Shown piece after piece: positions 61,948 through 64,000 of a stretch of DNA of 64,000 bases (positions within the stretch are counted from its first letter, which is position 1; each line of letters opens with the position of its first letter). Both the position numbers and the translations under genes were made by a program. This stretch comes from the human T2T-CHM13v2.0 reference genome, Homo sapiens. The stretch lies in assembly GCF_009914755.1 (NCBI RefSeq), contig NC_060944.1; one strand, given 5' to 3'. The notes under the pieces are model-generated. The model worked only from the letters and a program-made list of their open reading frames with translations, was not told the DNA's origin and made no database searches.

Positions 61948-62101
61948 CTTTATAGAGAAATTCTAATTGCGTCATGTGCCCAGGGCCTCACTAAGACTGC
62001 ACCTACACATATCAGGAATAGTTGGTCACCCAAAAGGAAATTAAATTGCATAAGAAGGAGAAGAAATGAATATGAAATTGTCCATAAACAAGTGCAATTA
62101 C

Positions 62102-62431
<330 letters not shown>

Positions 62432-62756
62432 TTACGGTCTATCCATTGGGCCTCTCAACATACTTTATATCCTTGTTCACAGGCATGTTCTTCCAAAACT
62501 CCTCTCTACTGATGTGGTATAGCAGTTCCATATGCAACCAACAATGTGCACACACACATACACACACACACCTCTATGGTTTGTAGTCATACTGTGTGTG
62601 ACCTCAGGGAGGTTCACTTTTCTGAGCTTCAGAATCGTCTTTTGTAAAAGATGGGTAAGATTCGTCATGGGGAAGAATAAATAAGTTAATGAATGTAAAG
62701 TGCTTTGCACTGTGTCTGGTACATAGAATTAACATGCGTCATATAAAATAGTGCTG

Positions 62757-64000
62757 TTATTCCAAAAAATAGGGAGGAGGGAATACTTCCAAACTCATTC
62801 TATGAGGCCAGTATTACTCCAATACCAAAACCAGACAAAGACACATCTAAAAAAGAAAACTACAGGCCAATATCTCTGATGAATATGGATGCAAAACTTC
62901 TTAACAAAATACTAGCAAACTGAATTCAACAATACATTAAAAAGATCATTCATCATGACTAGGTGGGATTTATCTCTGGGATGCAAGGATAGTTCAACAT
63001 ATGCAAATCAATCCATTCTGTTGTGATACATCACATCACATACATCACATCAACAGAATGAAGGACAAAAACCATATGGTCATTTCAATCGATATTGAAA
63101 ATGCATTTGATAAAAGTCAACTTCCACTCACGATTAAAAACCCTCAAAAAACCAGGTATAGAAGGAACATACCTCAACATAATAAAAGCCATATATAACA
63201 GACCCACAGCTAGTATCATATGGAATGGGAAAAAACTGAAAGCCTTTCCTCTAAGATCTGGAACACAACAAGGATGCCCACTTTCGCCACTGTTATTCAA
63301 CGTAGTACTGGAAGTCCTAGCTAGAGCAATCAGGCAACAGAAAGAAATACAGCGCATCCAAATTGGAAAGGAAGAAGTCAAATTATCCTTGTTTGTCGAT
63401 GATATAATCTTATATTTGGGAAAACCTAAAGACTCCACCACAAAACTATTAGAACTGATAAACAAATTCAATAAGATTGCAGGATACAAAATCAACATAT
63501 GAAAATCAGTAGCATTTCTATATGCCAACAGTGAACAATCTGAAAAAGAAATTTAAAAATAATCCCATTTAAAATAGCTAAAAATAAAATTAAATATCTA
63601 AGAACTAATTTAACCAAAGAAATACAAGATCTCTATAATGAAAACTATAAAATATAAAGTGAAAGAAATTGAAGAGGACACCAAATAATGGAAAGATACT
63701 CCCAAAGCAATATACAGATTCAGTGCAATCCCTATCAAAATATCATTGACATTCTTCACGGAAATAGAAAAAACAATCCTAAAATTTATGTGGAACCACA
63801 AAAGACCCAGAATAGTCAAAACTATCCTAAACAAAAAGAACCAAACTGGAGTAATCACATTACCTGACTTCAAATTATACTACAGAGCTATAGTAACCAA
63901 AACAGCATGTTACTGACATAAAAACAAATACATAGAACAATGGAACAGAATAGAGAACCCAGAAACAAATCTGCACACCTACAGTGAACTCATTTTTGAC
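62757..64000 (+). mobile_element. 5'-truncated L1, degenerate ORF2 (reverse transcriptase region), runs off the window
   Basis: ORF 63095..63502: [21 protein letters not shown]...[11 protein letters not shown] (FADD motif altered); stops and frameshifts. Confidence 0.95.

Noticed and set aside
63095-63502. Reverse transcriptase-like ORF
   Set aside because: Ordinary dead L1 ORF2 fragment with flanking stops and frameshifts; not a novel RT system

Overview
Human (primate) genomic DNA containing the complete KIAA1755 gene (recognised from its protein sequence; chr20q11.23) on the minus strand. I reconstructed 14 coding exons by hand from GT-AG junctions and phase continuity. They sum to 3603 nt (1200 aa + TAG), from an ATG-only first coding exon (58648-58650) in a CpG island to the stop at 11159-11161. 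The protein has an ARHGEF40/PLEKHG4-like N-terminus, a low-complexity linker, a SEC14/CRAL-TRIO-like domain and spectrin-like repeats, but no DH-PH RhoGEF module. The rest is typical transposon-rich intronic and intergenic sequence (about 25 Alu pieces, L1, L2, MIR, MLT1, LTR16, MER5, MER20, Tigger, microsatellites). Most notable observations: (1) a perfect 41-bp inverted repeat inside an intronic L2; (2) an RFX X-box palindrome that coincides with the Kozak/ATG/splice donor, plus a second X-box near the 3' end; (3) two uORFs joined by an AUGA stop-start overlap; (4) a local ~320-bp duplication with one copy interrupted by an Alu; (5) a weak GTTCCA donor on a symmetric exon; (6) alternative poly(A) signals either side of 3'UTR Alus. 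No prokaryotic, CRISPR or RNA-gene features were found. Repeat boundaries and subfamily names are by eye and approximate.
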